NCBI GenBank assembly: GCA_019828565.1
Contig: JAHDYR010000066.1
Coordinates: 372,001 to 436,000 of the forward strand
Direction: 5' to 3'
From: Carpediemonas membranifera BICM
Lineage: Eukaryota; Protista; Fornicata
Length of the DNA: 64,000 nt
In this document: positions 45,701-55,421 of the stretch, piece by piece
Layout: each line of letters starts with the position of its first letter
Position numbering within the stretch: the first letter of the stretch is position 1
Program-made: the position numbers and the translations under genes
Notes under the pieces: generated by a model
What the model was told of the DNA's origin: nothing
Seen by the model: only the letters and a program-made list of their open reading frames with translations
The model's database searches: none

Positions 45701-45919
45701 TCGCTCACGATCGTCTGCGACACCGAGGTGCTCCGGGGTGATGCGGGCTGGGCCGCCGTGCTATCCAGGGCCAGGCCGCTGTCGCTGAGGAGCGAGGCGG
45801 GCTACGAGGAGTTCCGGGCGACTGAGGGCCTCGAGGAGGTGGAGCGGCAGTTGGCGGGCGTGTCCGTGTGGGAGGACGTCGGAAAGAACTGGCGCCAGCG
45901 GAAGGGGAAGAAGGGATGA
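42794..45919 (+). CDS. AQR: Aquarius-like (AQR/IBP160) SF1 RNA helicase; intron 44616-44644
   Basis: Removing a 29-nt intron restores Walker A GPPGTGKT; also AHSNSALDQL, LEEAG, GDSKQLAP, QGRA, TVD..QG, VVAVSRAR. Confidence 0.75.
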
Positions 45920-46170
45920 ATACACCGGCGTTGGATGCCGACGGACAATTTTAAAAATTTTGCACATTTGATTTCCTTCTGAGGCAGAATATCATGAACC
46001 CACAAGGATTAATACCGCCACTGGATGCAAAGCTGGAGCTCTGTCCCGGGGTGTTCACTCGGGCCAAGCAGTGATGGCTATGAAGAAGATTGGCAACCAA
46101 CTCAAAAGATAGGGGAGGGGAGTGACAGGGCAGAATATAACACATTGATTGACGCTGGTGTACAACCTTA

Positions 46171-46210
46171 TAATGTGCCGCGCAGGATAAGAATACTTGA
46201 GTCCAAAACA
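46171..46210 (+). repeat. imperfect direct repeat of the transposon left end (pairs with 48562-48601)
   Basis: taatgtgccgcgcaggataagaatacttgagtccaaaaca vs tagtgtgccgcgcaggattagaattgttgagtctaaaaca, 35/40 identical, ungapped. Confidence 0.9.
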
Positions 46211-46317
46211 CACAGTGATCCAAGCAGCATCAGGATCGCAGTGTGGTTCATCATACTCTATCAATCGTGCGCTGCATATCACGCGCGCTGCAGCGCGTGC
46301 TTGCTCAACTTAGCAAG
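46171..46317 (-). ncRNA. putative Fanzor omegaRNA (scaffold; guide boundary uncertain)
   Basis: Three stem-loops directly after the stop codon: CTTGCT/AGCAAG (46300-46317), CACGCGC/GCGCGTG (46280-46299), CACAC-GATCC/GGATC-GTGTG (46209-46245). Position matches known TnpB/Fanzor omegaRNAs. Confidence 0.6.
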
Positions 46318-48211
46318 TTAATGATAGCGAGGAAGAGCACCTCTCTGGGAGTCGTAGTGGAAAGGAGATTGCTCTATCTGATCTGAAGTTGCATCGTAGG
46401 TGCACCAAAGGATGTTCTCGCTGGCGCTCTTATCTCGGTGAGAGAGATTGAGAAGTATGTCTCTCTGCTCGGGATGCCGACGTCGCCGTTCAACGCGCCA
46501 TGGAGCTCCCTCGCACGCGGGATTCTGGCAGAGCATGGTGCGGCGTGTGTGCATCACACGTCTGAAGTGTGCTTTGCAGTATGGGCACACGATGGAAGTG
46601 CGGAATTCCGAGACCATCGTGACACTCACGACGACGTTGTGCCGGAGCATGATGCCAGGAAGAGCTCGAGCAAAGTGGCGGTACGGAGCACAGGAGGGAG
46701 TGCCGGCGGAACCAAACAGTGCAGCCCCATACGCGACTTCGAGTTGAATGGGCTCCGGGGGCGCCCGCCGAGATCATCCAGGAGTTTACGTCCAGCCCGG
46801 GCGAAGTGCTTCTGGCGCAGACAGTGATTGGCAAAAGTCGCACGGCGGAAACACTTTCTCGTCCCCTCGTTAATGATCTGAACGATGTTCTCATGGACAA
46901 ACCTAATCGACTGTTTGAGAGCCTCTAGACTTGTCGTTTTGAACGATGCTGCGCTCATATTCACGCGGAAAGAGGGGGTGGCAGTGTAGCCACACTTAGC
47001 GAGTACGCCAGATACACTCTGCCCGTCTGGGCGGCGGATCGTGTAGCCGCCCAGCGACCGAGCACCAGGGTCGAAGCCCATGAGAGCTTGAATGTCCGGG
47101 GCAGGAGTAGCCTCGGCGTCATCCTGACCGAGCCGAGCCCGCTTGTTGCTGCTACCCTTTTTGTACGTGGGCCGGTCAGCCACCCGACCGCCACGGTATT
47201 TCTCGCGACCCACCCAACCCGTCACAGCAACAGAGACCCCGTCTGTCTTCACAGAGAGCACTCTGCGGAGCTTGGTGATGTCGCCGTGATCACGCTCGTA
47301 TCTATCAACCTGCTCAGTGGTCAAGTTCTTAGTTGCTGACCAATTCACGTGCTCACGCAGGCGCCTCTTCATCGCTGGGGTGAGCACTGTCACTCCGCGA
47401 TCGATGGTCATGAACCCAGGCCTGACCGGTGCCATCGGCACGAACGGGACGAGCTTCGGCTCTGGCAGGGCCTGACTGAACTCGAGGTTCACGGCACGAG
47501 TGAGTGTGACCAGCTTGGTCACTGCAGCACTCATGCGCGTGACGCACGACAGCACGCCGACGAGGGCCTCGGCCACGGTATCAGTGCGACCCACCCGTTG
47601 CTCCTCGGGCAATGCATGCGATGATGATACCTGCCATGATCGGCGGCTATGGCGGCAACCTCAGTGTCGAGCTCGCCTAGGGTGTCGAGAAAATCCTGTA
47701 GAACACCCGGCCGATCATGGAGGAGCAGACGCACCCGTTCTAATCCAGCACGAAGACGGGTCAGGTACGCGTGTGACGCGCGCGAGAGCCAGACCCGGGT
47801 GGATGTGGAGTACTCACCCAACCAGCTCTGAAATGGAAATGCAATTCCAATGTAGGCTTCCCTGAAGTCCTGGACGAGTGGGGTTATGTCAGGGTACCTC
47901 CGCATCGCCAGGTCGCCAATCCACCTGCACCGATCCGCTGCCTTTGCCTTCGACACCTTTTGCTGAGCAATGCTGACGATCTGCTTGAGGACCTCCTCGT
48001 CGAACAGGTTGACCGTCCTCGGTGGGGTCAACGCGTGCGCAGATGCAGAGACGCACGCAAGCAGGCAAGTGAATGTGTACTTAGCCTGCGTGAAAGAACG
48101 CATGCCGGGTTCAAGGTTTCCTCGCCGCGGCGCGTTGTTATCGCCTCCGCCGTTAATCTCGCCAATGGCCTTGTTAACGGAAGCCTTCACCGTGTATATC
48201 TTGGAAGGCAT
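46318..48211 (-). pseudogene. Fanzor (Fanzor1-like) RNA-guided RuvC nuclease, ~631 aa after correcting two -1 frameshifts (real lesions or assembly errors)
   Basis: SVKTDGVSVAV; RuvC-I GFDPGARS (D 47070-47072); SFKTTSL...FRRATF...QK; VAYGAALFG; RuvC-II VSEFRTS (E 46606-46608); Zn finger CPYC/CQNPAC; RuvC-III HRDKSASENI (D 46432-46434). Confidence 0.9.
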
Positions 48212-48362
48212 CGGAGTCTATTGAGCTGCCTGCATCGAGCATTTCTTTTCAGGGTTCATCAGCTGGCAGCATCCCTCAAAACACAAGAAACCGCATCATA
48301 CAACACAAAGCGTCTTTACTACCAGCTACAACCGCTTTCCACCACTAGTGTCTCTCACAACA

Positions 48363-48380
48363 GACGACGACGACGACGAC
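48363..48380 (+). repeat. (GAC)6 microsatellite in the Fanzor element 5' region
   Basis: gacgacgacgacgacgac; a longer, degenerate version lies in copy 2 at ~63575-63601. Confidence 0.8.
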
Positions 48381-48664
48381 GTCATGAGCTTCAGACGCCA
48401 GCAATGGACGACAGATGAGCGCGTAACAGACGAGCACATACGCGAAAGAAGGCAGCAGCGTTCGACACAGACGATGGACGACGCATCTTTTCGTGCAGAC
48501 CGACGACTGAAAGCACGAAAGCCCGATTGTACAGACGAGGGCTGAAGTGGGTGAGTGGAGGTAGTGTGCCGCGCAGGATTAGAATTGTTGAGTCTAAAAC
48601 ATCTCTAAAACCACTTGTAATGAACCTTATTCTGCACATTCATCGATCGGAATTTTGGACTGTT

Positions 48665-50017
48665 ATGCTGAATCCGCAAGAGGAAACCGAAAGACTCCGC
48701 GAGCGTAACATCTACAAGAAGGATATAACTCGGGATGAGCGTTTCCTTGCCACTGCAGCCGAGGAGAAGGCGAAATGGGAACAAACCGAGCAGGAACTGA
48801 AGAATAGAATCGTTTCCGAGAAGGAAGCCGCATACGCCGCCGAATTAGAACGTCTAGAGAAGCAGAAGGCGGAGCGCATGGATAATGCTCGGTTGGATCT
48901 GTCTCGTGAGCAGAAGATTGAAGCCAAGATGGTTGAGAGGAAGGAGAACCAGCAGAAACTCATCAGCGACCTCAAGATGAAGCAGACTATTGAGGAGGAA
49001 GACCGTTCTGGCCGCCTCCAGCGCTCGAAGGAGGAGGCTCTGGAGCAGAGGGACTACCGCATCAAGGAGCAACACGAGACGGCCGTCGAGAACAGGGCCA
49101 TCGAGGAGCGACGCCTGGAGAAGATCAAGGAACGCGATGACCGCCTCAAGCAGCGTGCAGCCGAGTATGTGACCGACATCAAGAAGCAGCGTGCCGACCT
49201 AGACCGTGCTGCCACGGAACGGGAGGCACTGCGCCTTCAGTCCATCAGAGACCGCGAGGCTGCCCGTGACGAGGCCCAGCGCAAGGCCCGGGATGAGCAG
49301 GCCCGCAGAGAGCAGCTCGAGGAGCAGCGGCAGCGGGCCATCGACGAGAAGACCGTCATCCGGACAAAGGCCGAGCTCGAGGCGCACGAGAAGGACATCG
49401 AGGCCAGACGCGTGGCCAAGGAGGAGTTCGAGGCCCGCAAGGAGGCCGAGCTCACCGTTAAGCGGCAGGCACTGGCCGAGTCAGCCAAGAAGCAGCGCGA
49501 GGAGGCCGCCAGACGGCAGGAGCTCGAGGCCAAGCGCGAGGCCATCCAGCAGGCCAAGAGTGAAGAGCGCGCGTCCAAGAACCGCGAGTACGCCTCGAAG
49601 CTGACCGAGACCAAGGCCACCATCGCCGCCAGCGAGGCCGAGCGTCTCCGCATCATTGCTGCCCGCAAGGAAGAGGCGTTCAAGCGGCACCAGGAAGAGG
49701 CGGCCGCCCGTGCGGAGGCCAAGAAGCAGCAGGCAGTGCTGCAGCGGACCCGCGAGGGCGCCATCATCCAGCTGGCCAAGGAGCGCGATGCCACAGAGCG
49801 GGAGCGCATCATCGAGCTCAAGCAGAAGGAGGCCGAGCGTCTTGCGGCGATCGAGGCATCCCGCGAGGAGCGTCGCCAGCGTGCTCAGGCCGAGAAGGAG
49901 GCCGAGATGTCCCGTCTCATGGAGCAGCAGCGCGAGCGCCTCAAGAAGGAGAAGAAGCGCGAGGAGGCCATCGAGGCCAAGATCCAGAAGCGGAAGGGAA
50001 AGTTCGCCAAGAAGTAA
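48665..50017 (+). CDS. E/K/R-rich coiled-coil protein (possible flagellar/cytoskeletal)
   Basis: ~450 aa charged helix starting at MLNPQEE. The ORF-track extension to 48527 is transposon sequence. Confidence 0.75.
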   Translation: MLNPQEETERLRERNIYKKDITRDERFLATAAEEKAKWEQTEQELKNRIVSEKEAAYAAELERLEKQKAERMDNARLDLSREQKIEAKMVERKENQQKLISDLKMKQTIEEEDRSGRLQRSKEEALEQRDYRIKEQHETAVENRAIEERRLEKIKERDDRLKQRAAEYVTDIKKQRADLDRAATEREALRLQSIRDREAARDEAQRKARDEQARREQLEEQRQRAIDEKTVIRTKAELEAHEKDIEARRVAKEEFEARKEAELTVKRQALAESAKKQREEAARRQELEAKREAIQQAKSEERASKNREYASKLTETKATIAASEAERLRIIAARKEEAFKRHQEEAAARAEAKKQQAVLQRTREGAIIQLAKERDATERERIIELKQKEAERLAAIEASREERRQRAQAEKEAEMSRLMEQQRERLKKEKKREEAIEAKIQKRKGKFAKK

Positions 50018-50144
50018 CTAAGGTGATAGGTAAAGTGTACTGTATTGAAGGAGTAGGACAGCGAGCGGGGCGTGGCACCGCCTCCATGTGGCCGTGGATA
50101 CCGTGCAGTTTTAGGATGAGATTTTCGAACGGCGGCCGAAATTC

Positions 50145-52391
50145 ATGGCCGGTCTTGAAGCTCTCGAACCAATGTTCGAGGAATTAGATCCACAGGAGGT
50201 AATTACTGGGGAGAAGCTCCATTTGATGCCCCCAGCACCAAAGGCAAAGGAAATGACGTCCTCTTTGGTGCCAGAGCCCGTTGAGGAGATTGAAGAGCGC
50301 GGCAAGTCACCTGGATCGGAACATGGTATCGGTATAGACAAGATTAGAATCTCAAAGCGGCCGAAATCAACCGAGCCTGGCCAAGGACTGACGCAAGTGT
50401 ACAAGACAGACGACTCCTACTCGTTTCAGCCCCTCCCCAGACCCCAGGCCACTGGAAAGGCACTGCCGCAGGAGTTCCAGGCAGTCCGGGCGAGCATAGT
50501 CCACGAGTGCACCCAGATCTTCAAGTCGGCCTCGGCGATACGAAACAAGTCATTCCGGGCGAATGCGGTCGACGAGCTCGACGTGTCCCGCCTCATGAAT
50601 CTCAACCAAGAGCGTATCATCGGTGTCCGCCGCATGCTGGACGGCCTGGTGTCGATGTCGGCAGATCCAGACCCCCTCCTCGAGGAGGACATGTCCGCTG
50701 TGGCTGACCACCTCGGACACAGGCTCGCTAGAGTCATGTGGTACCATGATAACGCATCCAAGGAGGCCGCCAATCGGATCGAGCGGCGCCGTGCGAAGAC
50801 CGTCCGCAGCAGCAGTGCGGGCCCGTCCCGGCCGAGGACGGCGCCCCTCGGCAGCGCCAGGGTGCCCTTCCCGGCGGGCATGCTGAAGCAGCTGGGGTCT
50901 GCTGCGAGTACACCTCGGGGCACCCCCGTCGGGGCGATGCAGGTGCCGTATACTGCGGACGACCTCGAGTCGACGTTTGAGATGACCCACAAGCCGCTGT
51001 ACACCCCCCCGCAGCGCCCCGGGTCATATAAGACTGAGTCTCTGATCCTTCGCCGTCTTTCAACGACACCGACATCCGGCCGCAGGTCGAGGGCATTAGC
51101 CCGTGACGACTCCGCGGCGTCCATTGGAGAAAAGCGCAGCTCTACGCCTGGGGGCGACTCGACGCTCATCGGGGAGCTCATGGAGTCGAACCGTATCCCC
51201 CCTGAAGTCCAGCAGCAGGCCGCCATGACCGTGGACCGCGTCAGGGCCGCATCCAGCCTGTCGGGGCACCTGGCCGTCCCGTCGGGCGCCATCGTCGGCC
51301 CGGCTGGCGAGGGTGCGGGCTTCATTGGGAGCCGCCCCTCTGAGTTTGAGATCGAGTTCGCCAGCGGCATGGTCCCGCCGAAGCAGACGCCGTGGGAGCA
51401 GCGCGTCAAGGGGGAGAACGCCGCGGACATGAACATCCTGCACTCGCCAGGCACCGCCATTGCCCGGGCCGGCGGACGAAACCGGACGCCCCCCCGCCGC
51501 CCAGCCCGTCCCGTGCCCCCGCGACGGTACGTCATCTCGGCAGACCAGCGGCCCACGACGGACACGAAGATGTCTTCCTCCATCAGACGGCCCAGGCCCC
51601 CGCCGACAGCCCCAGATGGCCGGCCCGCGTGGAACCGGCCGATGAGCAGGGGTGGCCCCCTTGTCCAGCCCAGCACCACCGCCCGCCCCACGGCACCCAG
51701 ACGGGCCCGGAGTGCGCCTGGCATGTCTCGGGCCCGGGCCCAGCTGGAGAGCTCGCAGCGGCTGTCGAGACCCCGAACCCCAGGGACTACGACCAAGAAG
51801 GAGGTCAAGACGATCGCTGACGACGAGCTCGCGTATGAGAGGCGCCGCCGCAGGTCCAAGCGCACCGAGAGTGCAGGGCGCCCCGCCCTCGAGATCCAAT
51901 ACGACTCGGAGTCGGCGGCCCTGGCTCCCGGGTGCGGGCGGACGACGGCCGCCGAGGACTTCAGACCGATCGGCCTACGCATTATCGAGGCCGTCGCCGA
52001 CCGCATGGACAACCCCCCCGAGGAGCCGAGGACGCTTGACCCGTCCGAGTTCGACGCCCGGCTTGAGGAGCTCGCCCTGCCCGCCCCCGAGCCGAGGAGG
52101 GTCGGCGGCGGGTTCGAACTGCCGGACCCCGTGTCGCGTGCTGTGACCACTATCACCCATGGCCGCTGGTCCCGCATGAAGGAGACCGAGACTGAGCCCA
52201 CCCCCGCCCGGCCCGGCGCAGTCCAGGACGTCCGTGTTATCAGGGCGAACGGACGCCGTCTGCTGGCCGGCAAGCCCATCGCCGACTTCTGCCGTACGCG
52301 GCATCGGGAGCCCGGTCCCGGCCGGGGCAGCGGGGTGGATGAGTGGGCAGAACTGTCGGTGGCCCGGGCGAGCGGGACCATCGTTGTGTGA
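50145..52391 (+). CDS. hypothetical, largely disordered protein
   Basis: 748-aa ATG ORF, P/R/S-rich, host-like codon usage. Confidence 0.65.
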   Translation: MAGLEALEPMFEELDPQEVITGEKLHLMPPAPKAKEMTSSLVPEPVEEIEERGKSPGSEHGIGIDKIRISKRPKSTEPGQGLTQVYKTDDSYSFQPLPRPQATGKALPQEFQAVRASIVHECTQIFKSASAIRNKSFRANAVDELDVSRLMNLNQERIIGVRRMLDGLVSMSADPDPLLEEDMSAVADHLGHRLARVMWYHDNASKEAANRIERRRAKTVRSSSAGPSRPRTAPLGSARVPFPAGMLKQLGSAASTPRGTPVGAMQVPYTADDLESTFEMTHKPLYTPPQRPGSYKTESLILRRLSTTPTSGRRSRALARDDSAASIGEKRSSTPGGDSTLIGELMESNRIPPEVQQQAAMTVDRVRAASSLSGHLAVPSGAIVGPAGEGAGFIGSRPSEFEIEFASGMVPPKQTPWEQRVKGENAADMNILHSPGTAIARAGGRNRTPPRRPARPVPPRRYVISADQRPTTDTKMSSSIRRPRPPPTAPDGRPAWNRPMSRGGPLVQPSTTARPTAPRRARSAPGMSRARAQLESSQRLSRPRTPGTTTKKEVKTIADDELAYERRRRRSKRTESAGRPALEIQYDSESAALAPGCGRTTAAEDFRPIGLRIIEAVADRMDNPPEEPRTLDPSEFDARLEELALPAPEPRRVGGGFELPDPVSRAVTTITHGRWSRMKETETEPTPARPGAVQDVRVIRANGRRLLAGKPIADFCRTRHREPGPGRGSGVDEWAELSVARASGTIVV

Positions 52392-52977
52392 TGTACTTTA
52401 GCGCTTATTCTTATTAGAAGGTGATAACCATGGCGGTTTGCCCTTGTACCGATTCTTAAATCTTCGATTCGATCTTTGATGCGGGGAATATGGCTCCATC
52501 ATTCGACTCGCTCGAGGCAGGGACCCACACGATTCCATGTTCTAGCCCGTGAGATAGTTGTTGAGCGAATACCATGTCCGTGGGCGATGTTGACCGCGCT
52601 TGACAGGATCAGATACTCGACCGGGCTGTCAGACTCGAGCAGCTGGCTGTGTTCTCGCAGTTCAGCCAGCTATCCAGGGTCTTCAGTCAATCTTACCGAG
52701 ACCCGGATTCTGCCCGATCCTTCAAGGTTAAGCCTTGATTCGGAGGCGAGTTGCTCGAGTTTTGCCTTCAAAGAGGTCGAAGCAATGGTCATCCCCTATC
52801 GTCGCATCAGCGGCCTAGGAAGCTCCCAGCCGATCACTACGAGTTTGTTTCGCCACCTCCACTTGTTATACAGCAACTCCATTAGATAATACTATCCATG
52901 GAAGAAGTATCATCAATAACCACGTCAGCACCCGAGTTGCAGACCATCCAGCATCGGCAATCACTTCTAGGAGTCCT

Positions 52978-53790
52978 ATGCCTGCTGTACACATTCCAGA
53001 CGTCAGTCAAGAGCCGGCGCTCCCGGCAGAACTCTCGGAGATCGACATCCACGGGGCCTCAACCGTGTACGTCATGTCCCCTAGCGGCACGCTCGTCCCC
53101 ATCGAGACAGGGACGTTTATTCACTATCACAACGCCCGCGCCAGGCACGTGCGGGGGCCGCAACGCTCTGTGGGCGAGGTGCCGACGCCCAACGCCCTCA
53201 GCTCCGTGACGTCGCGGCAACGGGCACACTCGCTCGCCAGCACTCCGAAGAAGCCGTTCGAACAGCTGAGACGGCGGATGGATGCACTTCGGCACGACGA
53301 CCCCGGTGGCCTCGAGAAGATGCTCTCTTCGGAGAAGGAGTTCCTCGCCGTCGCACGGTCGTACACCGACTCCGAGGAGCTGTGCCAGATGATCGGGGCG
53401 ACCAGCATCCACAACAGCCCCGCCGAGATGAGGCCCGAGACGCTGTGCCCGACCCCCAAGACCATGCTGCGGGCCGGGGCCGGCGTCCAGATGGCGTACG
53501 CCCTCGACTCCAGGGACGACTCCCCGGGCAGGGTCCCCAGGGGTTTCGTCTCGATCCCCCCTGGCCAGCCCGAGGACACCGAGACACCGATCGCCGCCCC
53601 AGCCCGGGACGTCCCCTTTGACCTGCGGCGCCCGGAGATACACACGAGTGCCACACTAAACTGCTCGGCGTGTGGAGCGTTCAGCCCGACGTCAAGCGAA
53701 GTGAGTCACAGCGCGGCCTCGGTCACCGGCGCCTACCGCCCCCGCCACCTCCAGACCGACCTGGACGTGGTCCATGCCTCGCACGGGTGA
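52978..53790 (+). CDS. hypothetical protein
   Basis: 270-aa ATG ORF with host-like codon usage. Confidence 0.55.
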   Translation: MPAVHIPDVSQEPALPAELSEIDIHGASTVYVMSPSGTLVPIETGTFIHYHNARARHVRGPQRSVGEVPTPNALSSVTSRQRAHSLASTPKKPFEQLRRRMDALRHDDPGGLEKMLSSEKEFLAVARSYTDSEELCQMIGATSIHNSPAEMRPETLCPTPKTMLRAGAGVQMAYALDSRDDSPGRVPRGFVSIPPGQPEDTETPIAAPARDVPFDLRRPEIHTSATLNCSACGAFSPTSSEVSHSAASVTGAYRPRHLQTDLDVVHASHG

Positions 53791-54008
53791 TACAGTAAAC
53801 TACACATAACCAACTAGAACCGTAGCACCGTGTACTGTGGGTTGCCATTGATTGCTTCATGGTCTGGTTACAGTGCTCGGGCCCCTGCCCATCAAGCTGG
53901 GCAGTATGGTCTTCGCAATAGACCTGGCCGGCCATCCTGCCCCAGGTCGGCGCCAGTCTCGGGGCATTCTGGACAAGTACTTTTGGAGAATCATCAAGAG
54001 TGCTGAAG

Positions 54009-55421
54009 ATGCCTGTAACACGCTGCACGTCTCTGTACGTTGCTCTTTTCTTCTGCTATTTGTCTGTATGCCTCCAACTAGCGTTCGGTGCGAACTGGAA
54101 TGAGGTAGCCAAGATATCTGCGTCGGACTCCGCGAGCTACAGCATGTACGGCTTTGCGGTTGGCGCTGACGCTACCACTGTCGTTGTTGGTGCTTACCAG
54201 AACAACAAGATGGGGCAGGACGCCGGTTCTGCCTACGTTATCACTCAGAACAAGGCCATGAACTGGACCGAGGCCGCTGAGCTCTTCGGCAGTGACACCG
54301 GCAGCGAGTCCATGTTCGCCTACGCAGTGGCAGTCGACGGCGATACCATCGTGGTGGGAGCGCCCAACCAGGACGGCGTGGGCGCTGTCTACGAGTTCGT
54401 CCGGGGGTCGGACGGCACGTGGCCCAGCAAGGAGACGGCCAAGCTCCCGTCGCCCGACGTAACCGCGGGGGACTACTTCGGGAACTCCTTGGCCATCAAG
54501 GGCGACACCATGGTCGTGGGGTCGCCCCGTGTGGCCGGTGACGACGGCCGGGTGTACGTCTACACCAGGGCCGGCGGGGTATGGTCGCTGAAGACCACAC
54601 TGCTGCCCCCTGATGGCTGTGACGGCTTCTTTGGCTCCGCTGTGGCGTTTGATGGCAAGACGATCGTGGCCGGTGCCCACGACGATTACAACGCCGGTAT
54701 GGTCGTCGTTTTCGTGACCGGGGACAGCGGCGCCACGTGGTCACGTCAGGCCGTCATCCATGCCCCCAGCGGTCACTCGAACGACTTCTTCGGCGGCGCC
54801 GTGGCCGTTGACGGCGACCACCTCGTCGTCGGGGCATCCCACCACTCGGGCGACCGCTCCCTCTCCGGCGGAGCCTACGCCTTCATCCGGTCCGGGTCGT
54901 CATGGGCCCTGAAGCAGACCCTGGAACCCGACACCGTGGCCGACGGGCAGATGCTCGGCACGTCCGTGTGGCTGTCCGGTGGCATGGCTCTCGTCGGCAT
55001 GCCCGGCTACAGCAACAACCAGGGCGCCGCCGTGGCGTTCCAGCTGGTGTCCGGAACCTGGACCCGCACGGCCACGATCACTGCCCCCGGCGGTGACGTC
55101 GGCGACCTCTTCGCCTTCTCCCTCGCCGCAGTGCCCGACGCATCCGTCGCATTCGTCGGGGCGTACGGCGTCGGCCACGAGTCGGGTGTGCTCGGCATTT
55201 TCTCGGCGCCGACGAGCCACCCGAGCGGCGGCGGCAGCGGGCTTCCCTTCACCGCCCTCGTTGTGATCGGTGTCGTTGTCTTCGTCGTCGTCCTGCTCCT
55301 TGTTGTCCTCCTGATGGTGGTCGCGGTGGGTCTCGCCCTCGCCCTCATCGGGACGACGAACCTGGTTCACCGTCGCGCCGAGCCCCGCCGCGGATACGAG
55401 TCGATGGAGTCACTCGTGTAG
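54009..55421 (+). CDS. FG-GAP repeat beta-propeller type I membrane protein
   Basis: Signal peptide, 6-7 repeats of FG.AVA.DG...VVGA, C-terminal hydrophobic helix and short tail. Confidence 0.85.
   Translation: MPVTRCTSLYVALFFCYLSVCLQLAFGANWNEVAKISASDSASYSMYGFAVGADATTVVVGAYQNNKMGQDAGSAYVITQNKAMNWTEAAELFGSDTGSESMFAYAVAVDGDTIVVGAPNQDGVGAVYEFVRGSDGTWPSKETAKLPSPDVTAGDYFGNSLAIKGDTMVVGSPRVAGDDGRVYVYTRAGGVWSLKTTLLPPDGCDGFFGSAVAFDGKTIVAGAHDDYNAGMVVVFVTGDSGATWSRQAVIHAPSGHSNDFFGGAVAVDGDHLVVGASHHSGDRSLSGGAYAFIRSGSSWALKQTLEPDTVADGQMLGTSVWLSGGMALVGMPGYSNNQGAAVAFQLVSGTWTRTATITAPGGDVGDLFAFSLAAVPDASVAFVGAYGVGHESGVLGIFSAPTSHPSGGGSGLPFTALVVIGVVVFVVVLLLVVLLMVVAVGLALALIGTTNLVHRRAEPRRGYESMESLV

Larger units (their letters stand above)
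46171..48594 (-). mobile_element. Fanzor-carrying transposon, copy 1 (~2.4 kb, no transposase seen); left end exact, right end approximate
   Basis: Left end TA|GACTCAACAATTC is defined by three copies with different flanks. Contains the Fanzor ORF and 3' hairpins, plus a 40-bp imperfect direct repeat of the left end at 46171-46210. Confidence 0.85.

Noticed and set aside
46045-46063. Hairpin CCCGGGGTG-TT-CACTCGGG beyond the Fanzor right-end repeat
   Set aside because: A single GC-rich hairpin that cannot be assigned to the element without a second right end for comparison
46099-46112. Possible terminal inverted repeat (ACTCAA) matching the Fanzor left end
   Set aside because: Only a 6-nt match, expected by chance
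47600-47630. AG|GTATCA as an intron donor repairing the first Fanzor frameshift
   Set aside because: Does not fit the GTWYGY consensus, and nearby AG acceptors keep the original frame
47531-48211. First Fanzor ORF as a separate transposase
   Set aside because: No DDE, HUH/Y1, serine- or tyrosine-recombinase motif recognised; its length fits the N-terminal part of one ~631-aa Fanzor
48527-48664. N-terminal extension MYRRGLKWVSGG... of the coiled-coil gene, and the recurring peptide DSTILILRGTLPP in three ORFs
   Set aside because: Translations of the non-coding transposon left end from non-ATG or chance starts
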